Source: Candidatus Heimdallarchaeum aukensis (GTDB taxonomy: Archaea; Asgardarchaeota; Heimdallarchaeia; Heimdallarchaeales; Heimdallarchaeaceae). Taken from it: a stretch of DNA of 64,000 bases. The stretch is from positions 1,728,001-1,792,000 of the forward strand of contig CP084166.1 in the NCBI GenBank assembly GCA_021513695.1, read 5' to 3'. Under the pieces are notes generated by a model. The model was not told the origin of the DNA. It was given only the letters and a program-made list of their open reading frames with translations, and ran no database searches. The position numbers and the translations under genes are program-made. Shown here piece after piece: positions 39,022 through 48,773 of the stretch. How positions within the stretch are numbered: position 1 is the first letter of the stretch; each line of letters opens with the position of its first letter.

Positions 39022-39798
39022 TTAATTATTTTGTAACAATACGAATATATTATCTTTACCTGATTTTCCTCCAAGGAGAGAAATATCGACAATCTTAAAA
39101 TCAGTTTTCCTTATTAACTTAACCAGTTCACGACGTGAAAAAAGGTGATAATAGCGTTTTGCAATAACTAAACCTTCAGAATTCTTCCAAGGTAAATAAT
39201 AATCACCAAAGCGCCAATTACTGTTAAACAATTTCTTAATCGGGAATAGGATTAAATCTAAAATCATCTTAAGTCGCGTATCTTTTTTCCATTTATACCA
39301 AACTGAAAGAATAAAAAAGCCGTTTTTTTGTAATATTTTTTTTATTTCAGTAAATGCACAGATAACATCCGTTTGGTTATTCAGATGATGTATTGCTGCA
39401 ATTGACAGAACTAAGTCATAAGATTCTTTTCTAAAAGGTAAGGAAGTCATTTCTAGATTAACTAGATGGTTAGCAGAGTTTAGTAATAGTACGGAATTTT
39501 TTAGCAACTTGAATGATAGGTCACACAATATAAATTGGCTTTTATATTCTTGAAATAAAAGAAGATTTCTCCCATTTCCACCACCAACATCACATATGAG
39601 ATGTTTTTTTGATAAATCAATTAAATTGGAGATCTTAAGCAAATATTCTTTGAAATCCTTCCATGGCTTGCGCTTTGTTCTTATATAGTATTCACTTATT
39701 GTTGAATAAGCTGACATTAAATTATTCAGGTTTGACTCATTATTTTGCATAGGGAGCACTGAAATTAGTAAATGTTTCTTATAAAAAAAAGGAATCAT
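39022..39798 (-). CDS. class I SAM-dependent methyltransferase
   Basis: Motif I ICDVGGGNGRN; Methyltransf_11-like layout. Confidence 0.7.
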   Translation of the reverse strand: MIPFFYKKHLLISVLPMQNNESNLNNLMSAYSTISEYYIRTKRKPWKDFKEYLLKISNLIDLSKKHLICDVGGGNGRNLLLFQEYKSQFILCDLSFKLLKNSVLLLNSANHLVNLEMTSLPFRKESYDLVLSIAAIHHLNNQTDVICAFTEIKKILQKNGFFILSVWYKWKKDTRLKMILDLILFPIKKLFNSNWRFGDYYLPWKNSEGLVIAKRYYHLFSRRELVKLIRKTDFKIVDISLLGGKSGKDNIFVLLQNN

Positions 39799-39865
39799 AA
39801 GGTTTTTAATTTAATCATTCTCGTTAAAAATAACGATATAAAATAACGGAAAGAGGATTATTAAG

Positions 39866-40492
39866 ATGGGATTTTGGTCTGACTGGTTGGATGCTATCGC
39901 ACGATGGATTTCTAACAATAATTGGAATCAACTACCGCAATCTGTGCTATTTATCACACTCACTAGTATTTCTATTTCAGCGTTTTCTGCAATAATTACG
40001 AAACTGTTAGTGGATACAGAATCACTTAACGAAGACATGCAAAAAATAAACAAATGGAATCAAAAAAGAAAAATGGCAATGGAAAGAGCAGATAAAAAAT
40101 TATGGCTAAGTGTTAAACGAGAAGAAGATGCAATAAAGCGTTTACAACAGAGTATGATGATGAAAAGAATGAAGCCAATGTTAGTTACATTTATTCCATT
40201 TATGGTTATCTTTGCAATCTTAAGAAGAGCTTTTAATGGACATTATTATGCTTGGATACCATTCAATATGGGTAGTTTTCCATGGATAGGTAAGACACCA
40301 TGGAGCGAACAAGTAACTTATGATGGACATGTTTATTCAAAGATTAGCTTTACATTCTGGTATTTCCTATCAAGCTTCGCATTTGGTTCTCTAATATCAC
40401 GTATATTAGGAACAAACCCCCAAGGAGCAGTAAGCACAGATAGTAAGAAGAAATCAAAAACATCCAAAAAAACGGTTAAAAAAAATAAATAA
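39866..40492 (+). CDS. DUF106 family membrane protein (archaeal Oxa1/EMC3/Get1-like insertase homolog)
   Basis: TM1, coiled-coil MQKINKWNQKRKMAMERADKK...QQSMMMKRMKPM, then TM2/TM3 (VTFIPFMVIFAIL); matches DUF106 topology and M/K/Q-rich motif. Confidence 0.5.
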   Translation: MGFWSDWLDAIARWISNNNWNQLPQSVLFITLTSISISAFSAIITKLLVDTESLNEDMQKINKWNQKRKMAMERADKKLWLSVKREEDAIKRLQQSMMMKRMKPMLVTFIPFMVIFAILRRAFNGHYYAWIPFNMGSFPWIGKTPWSEQVTYDGHVYSKISFTFWYFLSSFAFGSLISRILGTNPQGAVSTDSKKKSKTSKKTVKKNK

Positions 40493-40633
40493 GCAAGGTT
40501 TCCTTGCTTTATTTATAACAAGCTAACTTTCCACTGACAAATTAAAAAATGTATTTTGTCATCAAAATATATATTTAAAAATAATCTTCTTTCCATGAAA
40601 GTATAGTATTCAGAAACAAAAAGAGGATTTTCA

Positions 40634-40891
40634 ATGAGACCTAATTTAAGAGTTAGTAAAAAGCGCATGGTTCGAACCCCAGGTGGTGTTCGCGTTAAGA
40701 GATTAAAGAAGAAAACAAGTAAAGCTCATTGTGGAGAGTGTGGTGCTATTCTAGGTGGCGTCGCTTTTGGTAATCAGAACGAAGTTAGAAAACTTCCTAG
40801 GTCCAGAAGATTGCCTTCAAGAGTTCATGCTGGTTATCTTTGTCCTGAGTGTTTAAAAAGGAAGATCAAAGCAAAAGTCAGAAGCGTATAG
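40634..40891 (+). CDS. rpl34e: Ribosomal protein L34e
   Basis: MRPNLRVSKKRMVRTPGG...CGECGAIL...CPECLKRKIK. Confidence 0.85.
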   Translation: MRPNLRVSKKRMVRTPGGVRVKRLKKKTSKAHCGECGAILGGVAFGNQNEVRKLPRSRRLPSRVHAGYLCPECLKRKIKAKVRSV

Positions 40892-40916
40892 CTGATTTAA
40901 TAATTAGGTGTAACCT

Positions 40917-41447
40917 TTGCCAATTATTGCTATCTCTGGACAACATGGTAGCGGTAAAACAACCGCAGCAAAAATGTTAGCAGAAAGTCTTAATTATAGG
41001 TACCTTTCTGCAGGTTCTATTTTTAGAGAAATGGCAGAAAAAAAGGGTTACACCTTAGAAGAATTTACTGCACTTGCAGAAAAAGATACTTCAATTGATG
41101 AATATATTGATAGAAAAACAGTAGAAATTGCAAAATCTGAAAAAGATTTGATTGTTGATGCGCAACTAGCCGGTTGGTTACTTAAGGATATTGCAGATCT
41201 TTCGATTTGTATTTCTGCAAGTTTTGATAAAAGAATAGAACGTATTGCAAAAAGAGAGAACAGAACAATTGAAGAAGTTTTTAAAGAAACAAAAACAAGA
41301 GAAAAATCAGAAAAAGAGCGATACGCTTCGTTATATTCTTTTGATTTAAGTGATTTAAGTATTTATGATTTAATAATTAATACTGACAGGTTAGAAGCAC
41401 AAACAGTCGTAAAGATAATATTGGCAGCAATAAAGGAAAGAGATTGA
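40917..41447 (+). CDS. cmk: Cytidylate kinase (archaeal type)
   Basis: P-loop ISGQHGSGKTTAAKMLAE; conserved position between rpl34e and rpl14e; TTG start. Confidence 0.8.
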   Translation: MPIIAISGQHGSGKTTAAKMLAESLNYRYLSAGSIFREMAEKKGYTLEEFTALAEKDTSIDEYIDRKTVEIAKSEKDLIVDAQLAGWLLKDIADLSICISASFDKRIERIAKRENRTIEEVFKETKTREKSEKERYASLYSFDLSDLSIYDLIINTDRLEAQTVVKIILAAIKERD

Positions 41448-41627
41448 AATATATTTCAGTTCAATTAATGTATAAAGTTTTTTCATACAATTCATTTCTA
41501 AATCAGATTCTCAAATTTCAGAATCTTTTAATATATACTCTTATTGTGGAACTTAACCAAACGATTATCCACTAATTATCAATTAATTAGTGTGGATTAG
41601 TTGGTGACAATTAATCGAGGTGCAAAA

Positions 41628-41903
41628 ATGACAGCAATTCAAATTGGAAGAATAGTTGTAAAAACAGCAGGCAGAGAAGCTGGTAAAAAAGCTATTATTG
41701 CAGATTTAATTGATCAGAATTATGTTTTAATTACTGGTCCTAAAGATTTAACAAAAGTACGAAGAAGAAAAGTAAACGTTGGACACATTGAATTAACTGA
41801 TAAAGTTGTTTCCATTAAACGCAGTGCTTCTGATGATGAAATAATAAAAGCAATAGATGAGGCCGGCCTTACTGATTTTATGAAAGAGGAAATTGTTCCT
41901 TAA
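41628..41903 (+). CDS. rpl14e: Ribosomal protein L14e (KOW)
   Basis: MTAIQIGRIVVKTAGREAGKKAIIADLIDQNYVLITGPK...RRRKVNVGHIELTDK; track ORF start 41601 likely over-extended. Confidence 0.85.
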   Translation: MTAIQIGRIVVKTAGREAGKKAIIADLIDQNYVLITGPKDLTKVRRRKVNVGHIELTDKVVSIKRSASDDEIIKAIDEAGLTDFMKEEIVP

Positions 41904-41963
41904 CTCAATAAAAATGTATCACTACATTTTTATTACTTTATTCTTTTTATTTTTTCGCATACA

Positions 41964-42977
41964 GTGATTTATATGACACTAATTTTTGAACCACCAGAGA
42001 TAGAATTAGTAGACGAAACCATTCCTATTATAACTCTATCTTCTGAAACAACGGATTATCGCTATGGTAAATCACCATTAAATAGATCAATAGAGGAACT
42101 CCTCAACTATGGAATTATTAACCTAGATAAACCACCAAATCCAACAAGTCACGAAGTTGTGAGTTTTGTAAAGAAAATTTTAGAAATTCCTCGAGCTGGA
42201 CATTCTGGTACTCTTGATCCGGCAGTTACTGGTGTCTTACCTATTGCTCTAAATAAAGCAACAAGAATTCTGGACACTTTACTTCTAGCAGGAAAGGAAT
42301 ATGTTTCTATAATGCAAGTACATCAGGATATCTCCCATGATAAAATAAAGGAAGTTATGCTTGAATATGTTGGAGAAATCTTCCAGAGACCCCCAATTAG
42401 AGCAAGTGTAAAAAGAGTTTTAAGAAAACGTAAAATCTATGAATTAAAAATTCTGGAAATAGATGATCGCCAAGTATTATTCAAAATGTCATGTCAAGCA
42501 GGAACATACGTACGAAAATTCGCCCACGACATAGGTCAATCTTTAGGTTGTGGAGCTCATATGAAAGAACTAAGAAGAACAAGAACGGGACCATTTACAG
42601 AGGAAACTTTCTTGTCCACTTTACATGGCCTTTATGACGCCTTTATGTGGTATAAAGAAGAAAAAGATGAAATCCCACTGAGAAATATTATTTTGCCTAT
42701 GGAGTTTGCGGTAAAACATTTACCTAAAATTTATGTTAAAGACAATGCAGTAGACTCCATATGTCACGGAGCACCTGTTGCTTTACCTGCAATTTCCAAA
42801 TTCACTTCAAATTTTAAGGAAGGAGATACAGTAGCAATTCATTCGCTAAAAAATGAATTAGTAGCCTTAGGAGATGCACAAGTGGATGCAAGTAAACTAG
42901 AAAAGATGGATTCTGGCCTTATTGTTAAAACAAAAAGAGTTCTAATGCCAACAGGTACTTATCCTAAACAAAATTAA
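41964..42977 (+). CDS. cbf5: tRNA/rRNA pseudouridine synthase Cbf5 (TruB family, H/ACA RNP catalytic subunit)
   Basis: TruB catalytic motif AGHSGTLDPAVTGVLPIAL; C-terminal PUA domain; canonical position after rpl14e. Confidence 0.85.
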   Translation: MIYMTLIFEPPEIELVDETIPIITLSSETTDYRYGKSPLNRSIEELLNYGIINLDKPPNPTSHEVVSFVKKILEIPRAGHSGTLDPAVTGVLPIALNKATRILDTLLLAGKEYVSIMQVHQDISHDKIKEVMLEYVGEIFQRPPIRASVKRVLRKRKIYELKILEIDDRQVLFKMSCQAGTYVRKFAHDIGQSLGCGAHMKELRRTRTGPFTEETFLSTLHGLYDAFMWYKEEKDEIPLRNIILPMEFAVKHLPKIYVKDNAVDSICHGAPVALPAISKFTSNFKEGDTVAIHSLKNELVALGDAQVDASKLEKMDSGLIVKTKRVLMPTGTYPKQN

Positions 42978-42986
42978 AAGACTGCA

Positions 42987-43601
42987 TTATTGACTGATTT
43001 TTGAAAGAATTATATTTTTAAATATTTTATATGAAACATCGAAGGTGTGAAAAGGCCATAATCTATCTTCTGTTATTATTATTCTTTCACTTAATGCAAT
43101 GGCATTTCCGATTCCTAAACCAATTTCTCTTTTATCTCGACTTATGAAATTATCCCAAACTGCTAAATCTTTATCTTCTTTTGTTTTTTCTCGATGTTTT
43201 CCAGAAACCTTAAACCTATCAGGATTTTTCACCCGTAGGAATCGTGTTTTTTGGCTTGCATGAAAACCTAAAACTGTTACATTTTCTCGTCCAAACCTTT
43301 TTTTTGTGTATTCAATTTCAGAAGGAGATTTTACTCCATTCAAAATCAAAACATTGGAATCACAATAAATGTTCTTTTCAGCATCTAAAATCGTTCTAGC
43401 AAAAGCCACTGGGTCTCTTGATAAAAGATCTTTTATTACCATCGTTGTATTTTTATGAGTAACTTCTAGTTTTCTTCTCTTAAGTTCGTGGTAAACAGCG
43501 TGACCTGTTTCAACCATTGGTATATTTTCCTCTTCACGAAGCTTATGTCCGTGTGATGACTTACCGCTTAGTTGAAATCCCACTAAAATAAATACCTTCA
43601 T
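42987..43601 (-). CDS. P-loop nucleotide kinase-like protein (UPF0200/dephospho-CoA-kinase-like)
   Basis: N-terminal MKVFILVGFQLSGKSSHG P-loop; ~200 aa. Confidence 0.4.
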   Translation of the reverse strand: MKVFILVGFQLSGKSSHGHKLREEENIPMVETGHAVYHELKRRKLEVTHKNTTMVIKDLLSRDPVAFARTILDAEKNIYCDSNVLILNGVKSPSEIEYTKKRFGRENVTVLGFHASQKTRFLRVKNPDRFKVSGKHREKTKEDKDLAVWDNFISRDKREIGLGIGNAIALSERIIITEDRLWPFHTFDVSYKIFKNIILSKISQ

Positions 43602-43748
43602 CTTTTACAATGTAGGGATTGAAGTTCAATCAAAAGTTTTTCGGAAATGAAGAAATGTTTTATAATTAGATAGTTCTTTTTAGTTAGAGCAATAATCATA
43701 ATGTTTAAATTATGAATTACAAGAGTAAAAATAGTCTCCGTTAAGTTT

Positions 43749-43859
43749 GCCAGGATACTCAAGCGGTAAGAGGTATGCCTGGAGAGTAATAATTCCAAGG
43801 TTTACCCATTAAGCATATGCCTTTATGGCTCCGGGGTTCAAATCCCCGTCCTGGCTCCA
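43749..43859 (+). tRNA. tRNA-Ser (anticodon GGA) with 27-nt intron in anticodon loop, long variable arm, encoded CCA
   Basis: Acceptor GCCAGGA/TCCTGGC (7 bp), T-arm CGGGG-TTCAAAT-CCCCG, anticodon stem TATGC/GCATA flanking CTGGAG[intron 43785-43811]A giving loop CUGGAGA, variable arm GCC-TTTAT-GGC; discriminator U then CCA. Confidence 0.6.
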
Positions 43860-43899
43860 TTTCTAAAAAACTTAAGTTGTAGATATTTCCTAGAAATAA

Positions 43900-44622
43900 C
43901 TATATAACAAACTTAAACGATTTCTGATAAGATCTAAGAATATCTATTGTTTCAATAGTTGTTGACTTTGCTACAATTTCTGGCAGTTGCCCTGTTATCC
44001 AATTTAATGTGTCTTCAAGATTTTTTCTCATTTCAGGATCAGTTTTTTTGAATATATCTACAAGGGTATCAAAATCTACTTTTTCAGAGGAAGAAAAGAC
44101 ATATATCCACTGTTTCAATGTTTCTACTCTTTGTGAAGGATAAATGAAACTCAAAGAATTATCACTTTTAGAATAACTAACTAGTCCTTTGATTTTTACT
44201 GGCATTAAAGAAATGAATTTTGAACCTAGCAGAGATCTAAAGAGTAAACTTAGTATCTGCTCTTTTGAGGGGATACGTAAGCGAGAAGAAACAAATTCAT
44301 AATTAATTAATGTTGTTCCGAAGTAAAAATACTGATTATTTTGATTAATACTCAAAGCACAGAAATCATCTAGTTTAGAATGTAAATCACCTAATTCTAC
44401 TTGAAACTTAACACTAACGAAATCAATATCATCAATTACAATCTTGTTCAAGAAATTATCTAGCTCTCCTTCAATAATCAAATCATCACATGAAGCAGAA
44501 AAACGACGGTCAAAAATCCTTCTTATTACCACTTTTTCTCCTTCGAGCGCATCGTATATTCTCTCTAAAGCAGAATTAGATAATTTTTTCTGATTCATAC
44601 GTATCATTATTGTTTTTACCAT
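43900..44622 (-). CDS. hypothetical protein
   Basis: 240-aa ORF directly downstream of polB on the same strand (13-nt gap); no motif recognised. Confidence 0.3.
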   Translation of the reverse strand: MVKTIMIRMNQKKLSNSALERIYDALEGEKVVIRRIFDRRFSASCDDLIIEGELDNFLNKIVIDDIDFVSVKFQVELGDLHSKLDDFCALSINQNNQYFYFGTTLINYEFVSSRLRIPSKEQILSLLFRSLLGSKFISLMPVKIKGLVSYSKSDNSLSFIYPSQRVETLKQWIYVFSSSEKVDFDTLVDIFKKTDPEMRKNLEDTLNWITGQLPEIVAKSTTIETIDILRSYQKSFKFVI

Positions 44623-44635
44623 ACCATTTCACCGT

Positions 44636-47600
44636 TTAGCTAAAGAATGTGTCTAAACTTTTTATTCCCTCAACTTCTTTCCATGAGATCCCAAGTGTAT
44701 CCAATAGTTGTCCGAATGTTGATTGTACTAACTCTTTCATTTTTTTCACATCTACATCAGATTTAGTTGCAAGTTCAATAGGTTTGACGGAACACTCATC
44801 ACTTAAACTAATCTTATCATTTAGTAGACCGGAAGGTACTTTTATCTTAAAGGGTTTTGTTTTAACGAATGTTATAGTTGAGCCTACGGCTATATCACTA
44901 TTAGGATTTTTAATTAATAACTGTATTGCTGCTTGTAATGGTTGTGTCCAGCTCTCATAATCTTTTAATCTTTTGGAAAGAGTAACTGAAATAGCTAGGT
45001 CCTCAAGCTTAAACGATCTTTCATCGAGCCTTCTCATTGTTCGCTGGACAATACTGATTATTTTCTCTTTTGCAGTCTCCAATTCTTCAGGAGAATTAAC
45101 ATCAGAAAGAATTTTTAAAACTCTATCAAAAGCACGTTTGATTAGAGAAGGAGTGTTCTTTTTCTTGCCCATTAGGCCTTTTACAATTGGTGTTCCTTTT
45201 GTTGTTATTCCAAAGTAATTTTTCTTTCGATCTGAAAGGCAACAATATCTAAAAACGTAGTCAATCCCTAATTCAATTTGAAAATTATCTAAACTCCATT
45301 TCTTTAGTTCTTCAATATCACTTGATTTTGGTTGGTAGACAAATATGCTATCTGTATCACCATATAACACAGGAATTCCCAAATCTTTTTCACAGTGCTC
45401 TTTCGTTTTTGAAATTGCTTCTCTAGCCAAAGCAGTGGTCGATTCTGCCACTGGAGGACAATATAAAGCAAAGTTATCTGAACCTAAAACACCATATGAA
45501 TTGTGAACAACAATGCCAGTATCGCTTACAAACCAACCGTTTGATGTTTGAATGTCGTATACTGGTTCACTTGAAGAAGCGCGGATGTCTCTAATTCGAG
45601 TGGGAATTGTTCCATTATAGGATACAAAATCTTGCTTTTTACTATTGTATAGTTTACCAGACTGTTCAACAACTTGATAAATAGTTTGAATCACTTTACC
45701 ATTTTCAATCCGTTCGTCTCTACGAATATTTACAAATCTACCTGTTGCATTCGCAACCATAACAAGATCAGTAGCCAATTGTTTACTTACAGTTGTATAT
45801 TGAATATTATTACCTGTCATAGCTCTTTCATTATCTTTGAAGCATTCTTCTATGAAAATCTCGGCTCTGGATTTATTTAACAAATGAAGAGGAATTTTCC
45901 TATTGCTCATGTACTTTCCACAAAGCTGTTCTAGAATCCTAGACCAAATTTTAGAGTTTATTACAAATCCTTTTTCACTAGCATTAAAATTAAGATTCAT
46001 GCGAGATAAAACTTCATTAATCTTTTTCCATTTTTCTGGACTCTTATCTTGATTTTGAGAAATAAATATATGATTTTTCTGAATATTCCCTTCAGCGATA
46101 ACCCAAGCAATCAATCGAATGAGATCGTCATCAATTGATATTCTGGCATTATACCATAAACTTTCATCATCTCCAAGTGCAACTTTTATCTCTTCTGAAA
46201 GATTTTTTCTAATGGTTTCTCTTTCATACTCTTTTAGCTCAATCCATCTTGCTTTACATAATTTCAATTTTTTACTTTGACAGAATCGCTCTTTAATAGT
46301 ATGTATGCTTGGTTTGTCAACTGGTTGATTTATTTTGTTAGAAAAATTTTCAAAATCAGCTCTTGAGAATCCTATATACAACTCTTGATCATGAATTAAA
46401 TCTGGAATAAAGAGAGTTTCAGGAGGATTTTGAGTCAATGGAATATTTTGAACAACTAAAATTTTATCATTAATCTTCAATTCCCCAGCATATTTCTCAT
46501 CAACTTGAAAATTTGATAGTAGTACAGGAACTCTATGATTAGCTGTTAGTCTAATAGCTCTCCCATCCTCAAGTATAATTTTTATTAAGTCAGCAGGTGA
46601 CCTTTCCCAGTAACCTTCTATGTCCACAAATATAGGAGAACCAAAAGTTTCATCTTCTTCTCGAGAGATTGATAATATCTGATAATCTTGCCAACAGTCT
46701 GCGAGTTCTCCAATTGGGAGTTTAGTTACTATTTTTGTCTGCTTGTCCCTTACAATTACTTCTGCATCATAGGGCAAACAAGCATTTATGAGAACTTTCA
46801 ATGATGCTTGCATTACATTGCTTAGAACCCTTAGTGCTTTATCGACAGTCTGATCCTTTGCTTTTTCTTTAAACCAGTAGACCCTGATATCACGGATAAA
46901 GCCAATCAACATGGACATTATCCCAACTTTTTTTGTACATACCCAGTGATTTGTTTCTGGTATTTTATTTAGTTCCTTACATTCTTTATGCTTACACCTA
47001 ATAGTTTCATATGAAAGATTACGTGTCTTGATTATAGAGGGATAAAGACTGGCATAATCCAGGACATAAACATCCCACCATACTCCAGCTTTTGGTTGAA
47101 TAACAATGGCGCCTTGGTATTTCTTTCCTTTTATAATCGCCTCAGTAGATACCTCTCCTTTGGCTCGTAGTATGTCTTCTGGTAAAGGAATAAGATAGTT
47201 CCTTTTTCTGTGTTCATAATAGAACCAATTTTGTATCCAAATACTTACACTTGAACGGATAAAATCATCGATAGGCATCTTCGTCATTCTTGAAAGCATA
47301 AAGATAAGTTCCATCACTTGATTTTGACTAAAAGTAGTAAGTTCAAGAGTGATTACAGCGTCTTGGGCGTTATATTCTATAAGTTCCTCTAAACTTAGAT
47401 CCCAAATATCTTTTTCATGTTCAACCTTATGTTTGCCTAAGAGAGTTGAACCTAACTCATCTAAAGTTACCCTGTCATATTTTGCTCCAAAAGCATAAAT
47501 TCTCATCGATGCTTGCCTGAAAAAACGATAAAGATCAAGATGCAATCCATATTCAAGATAAGTATCATTCTGAGTTGAAGTTGTAGTTATAATTGGATTT

Positions 47601-48652
47601 TTCATGTCATTTATGCCCAAGTTTTTTGCACGTTTGTTTAAGTAAGGTAAGTCAAAATTATCTCCATTAAAAGTTATAATTATAGGATATTCATTTATTT
47701 TCTTAAAAACAGCTTCAATCAATTCTTTTTCATTTTCAAATTCAATAACTTTTATTTTCTCATCTTTTTTCTGAATAGACGTTTTTTCTTCATTTAAAAC
47801 ATATATTGACACATCACCACTTGTGTCGGCAAAGCCCACGGAGATAATTTTGTCATTAGCTACCTTGGGATCAGGAATCCTTCCTTTATCACTTTTTACT
47901 TCAATATCAAGAGAACAACGGGGAATATCAGGAATTGGTGAAAAAAATGTAGGAAAATAAGATAAAACCAATTCATGTATTTCACTAGGTTGACTAGAGA
48001 AAATTTTTGTTATTTCGTCCTTAATGGAAGGATCGATTTCTGGTTCTACTTGAATTATTTTTCCGTCCTTAATTTCATATAGCAATCCTGGAACAAGTAA
48101 ATTATCGTAGATATAATTGAGATGGTAACGGATATTAGCTTCATAGGAGGGCTTGATAAATTCTCTGAAGCTGTTTGATTTTCCTCCTATAGCTAGAGGA
48201 TTAGTACCATAAACTTTTGTAAGAGAAATAGAACTATCAGTTAACAAATTGTATTTTTCTACAGTTTCACAACCCACAAATTCCTTATTACCTTGTAGGA
48301 TACTTTCTACTTCACTAATAGTTTTTGTAGTCAACAAATAGGGTTTATGTTCTGTTTTGTCGTAAAAACGGTAAACTTTTCCATCTTCAGGATTATAAAA
48401 TTTCATGTATGCTTGCTCTTTTTCACCATCATAATTTACAGAAATAAGATAAGATGCAGGAAGATCAGAATGGACAACTAAAATATTAGAATTATCATCA
48501 AGGAAAGTGATGTTACTACTATCTGAATCGCTGGAAGACGATTCTTTAACTTCAACCCCTTTGATTTCTGAAACCTTTGTAGGAGAAGAGGATTTTTTAT
48601 TTCTCTCTATATTGGGGCGAGACAAAAATTTCTCTAAATTCATTTGACCCAT
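44636..48652 (-). CDS. polB: Family B DNA polymerase (intein-containing)
   Basis: Exo II FNGDNFDLPYL, Exo III YNAQDAVITLEL, Pol motif A DYASLYPSI, motif B split KVLINA|intein|SYGVLGS, motif C LYGDTDSIFV. Confidence 0.9.
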   Translation of the reverse strand: MGQMNLEKFLSRPNIERNKKSSSPTKVSEIKGVEVKESSSSDSDSSNITFLDDNSNILVVHSDLPASYLISVNYDGEKEQAYMKFYNPEDGKVYRFYDKTEHKPYLLTTKTISEVESILQGNKEFVGCETVEKYNLLTDSSISLTKVYGTNPLAIGGKSNSFREFIKPSYEANIRYHLNYIYDNLLVPGLLYEIKDGKIIQVEPEIDPSIKDEITKIFSSQPSEIHELVLSYFPTFFSPIPDIPRCSLDIEVKSDKGRIPDPKVANDKIISVGFADTSGDVSIYVLNEEKTSIQKKDEKIKVIEFENEKELIEAVFKKINEYPIIITFNGDNFDLPYLNKRAKNLGINDMKNPIITTTSTQNDTYLEYGLHLDLYRFFRQASMRIYAFGAKYDRVTLDELGSTLLGKHKVEHEKDIWDLSLEELIEYNAQDAVITLELTTFSQNQVMELIFMLSRMTKMPIDDFIRSSVSIWIQNWFYYEHRKRNYLIPLPEDILRAKGEVSTEAIIKGKKYQGAIVIQPKAGVWWDVYVLDYASLYPSIIKTRNLSYETIRCKHKECKELNKIPETNHWVCTKKVGIMSMLIGFIRDIRVYWFKEKAKDQTVDKALRVLSNVMQASLKVLINACLPYDAEVIVRDKQTKIVTKLPIGELADCWQDYQILSISREEDETFGSPIFVDIEGYWERSPADLIKIILEDGRAIRLTANHRVPVLLSNFQVDEKYAGELKINDKILVVQNIPLTQNPPETLFIPDLIHDQELYIGFSRADFENFSNKINQPVDKPSIHTIKERFCQSKKLKLCKARWIELKEYERETIRKNLSEEIKVALGDDESLWYNARISIDDDLIRLIAWVIAEGNIQKNHIFISQNQDKSPEKWKKINEVLSRMNLNFNASEKGFVINSKIWSRILEQLCGKYMSNRKIPLHLLNKSRAEIFIEECFKDNERAMTGNNIQYTTVSKQLATDLVMVANATGRFVNIRRDERIENGKVIQTIYQVVEQSGKLYNSKKQDFVSYNGTIPTRIRDIRASSSEPVYDIQTSNGWFVSDTGIVVHNSYGVLGSDNFALYCPPVAESTTALAREAISKTKEHCEKDLGIPVLYGDTDSIFVYQPKSSDIEELKKWSLDNFQIELGIDYVFRYCCLSDRKKNYFGITTKGTPIVKGLMGKKKNTPSLIKRAFDRVLKILSDVNSPEELETAKEKIISIVQRTMRRLDERSFKLEDLAISVTLSKRLKDYESWTQPLQAAIQLLIKNPNSDIAVGSTITFVKTKPFKIKVPSGLLNDKISLSDECSVKPIELATKSDVDVKKMKELVQSTFGQLLDTLGISWKEVEGIKSLDTFFS
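45500..46780 (-). other. Intein (427 aa) with LAGLIDADG-type homing endonuclease region, inserted in PolB motif B
   Basis: Begins CLPYDAEV (Cys1) after KVLINA, block B LTANH, LAGLIDADG-like LIRLIAWVIAEGN, ends IVVHN followed by +1 Ser (SYGVLGS). Confidence 0.8.
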
Positions 48653-48773
48653 AGTATCAAAACTAAATTCAATTTACAATATATTAAAGTTAGTGTGTTT
48701 AAGAGGAATCTAATTAAGAAAAAAATAAATTTTAAACAAATAAAAGCAAATTAAAAATAAAAAAGGGTAAATA

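Noticed and set aside
43598-43798. 66-aa minus-strand ORF
   Set aside because: Overlaps the tRNA-Ser gene and its promoter region. No coding signal.
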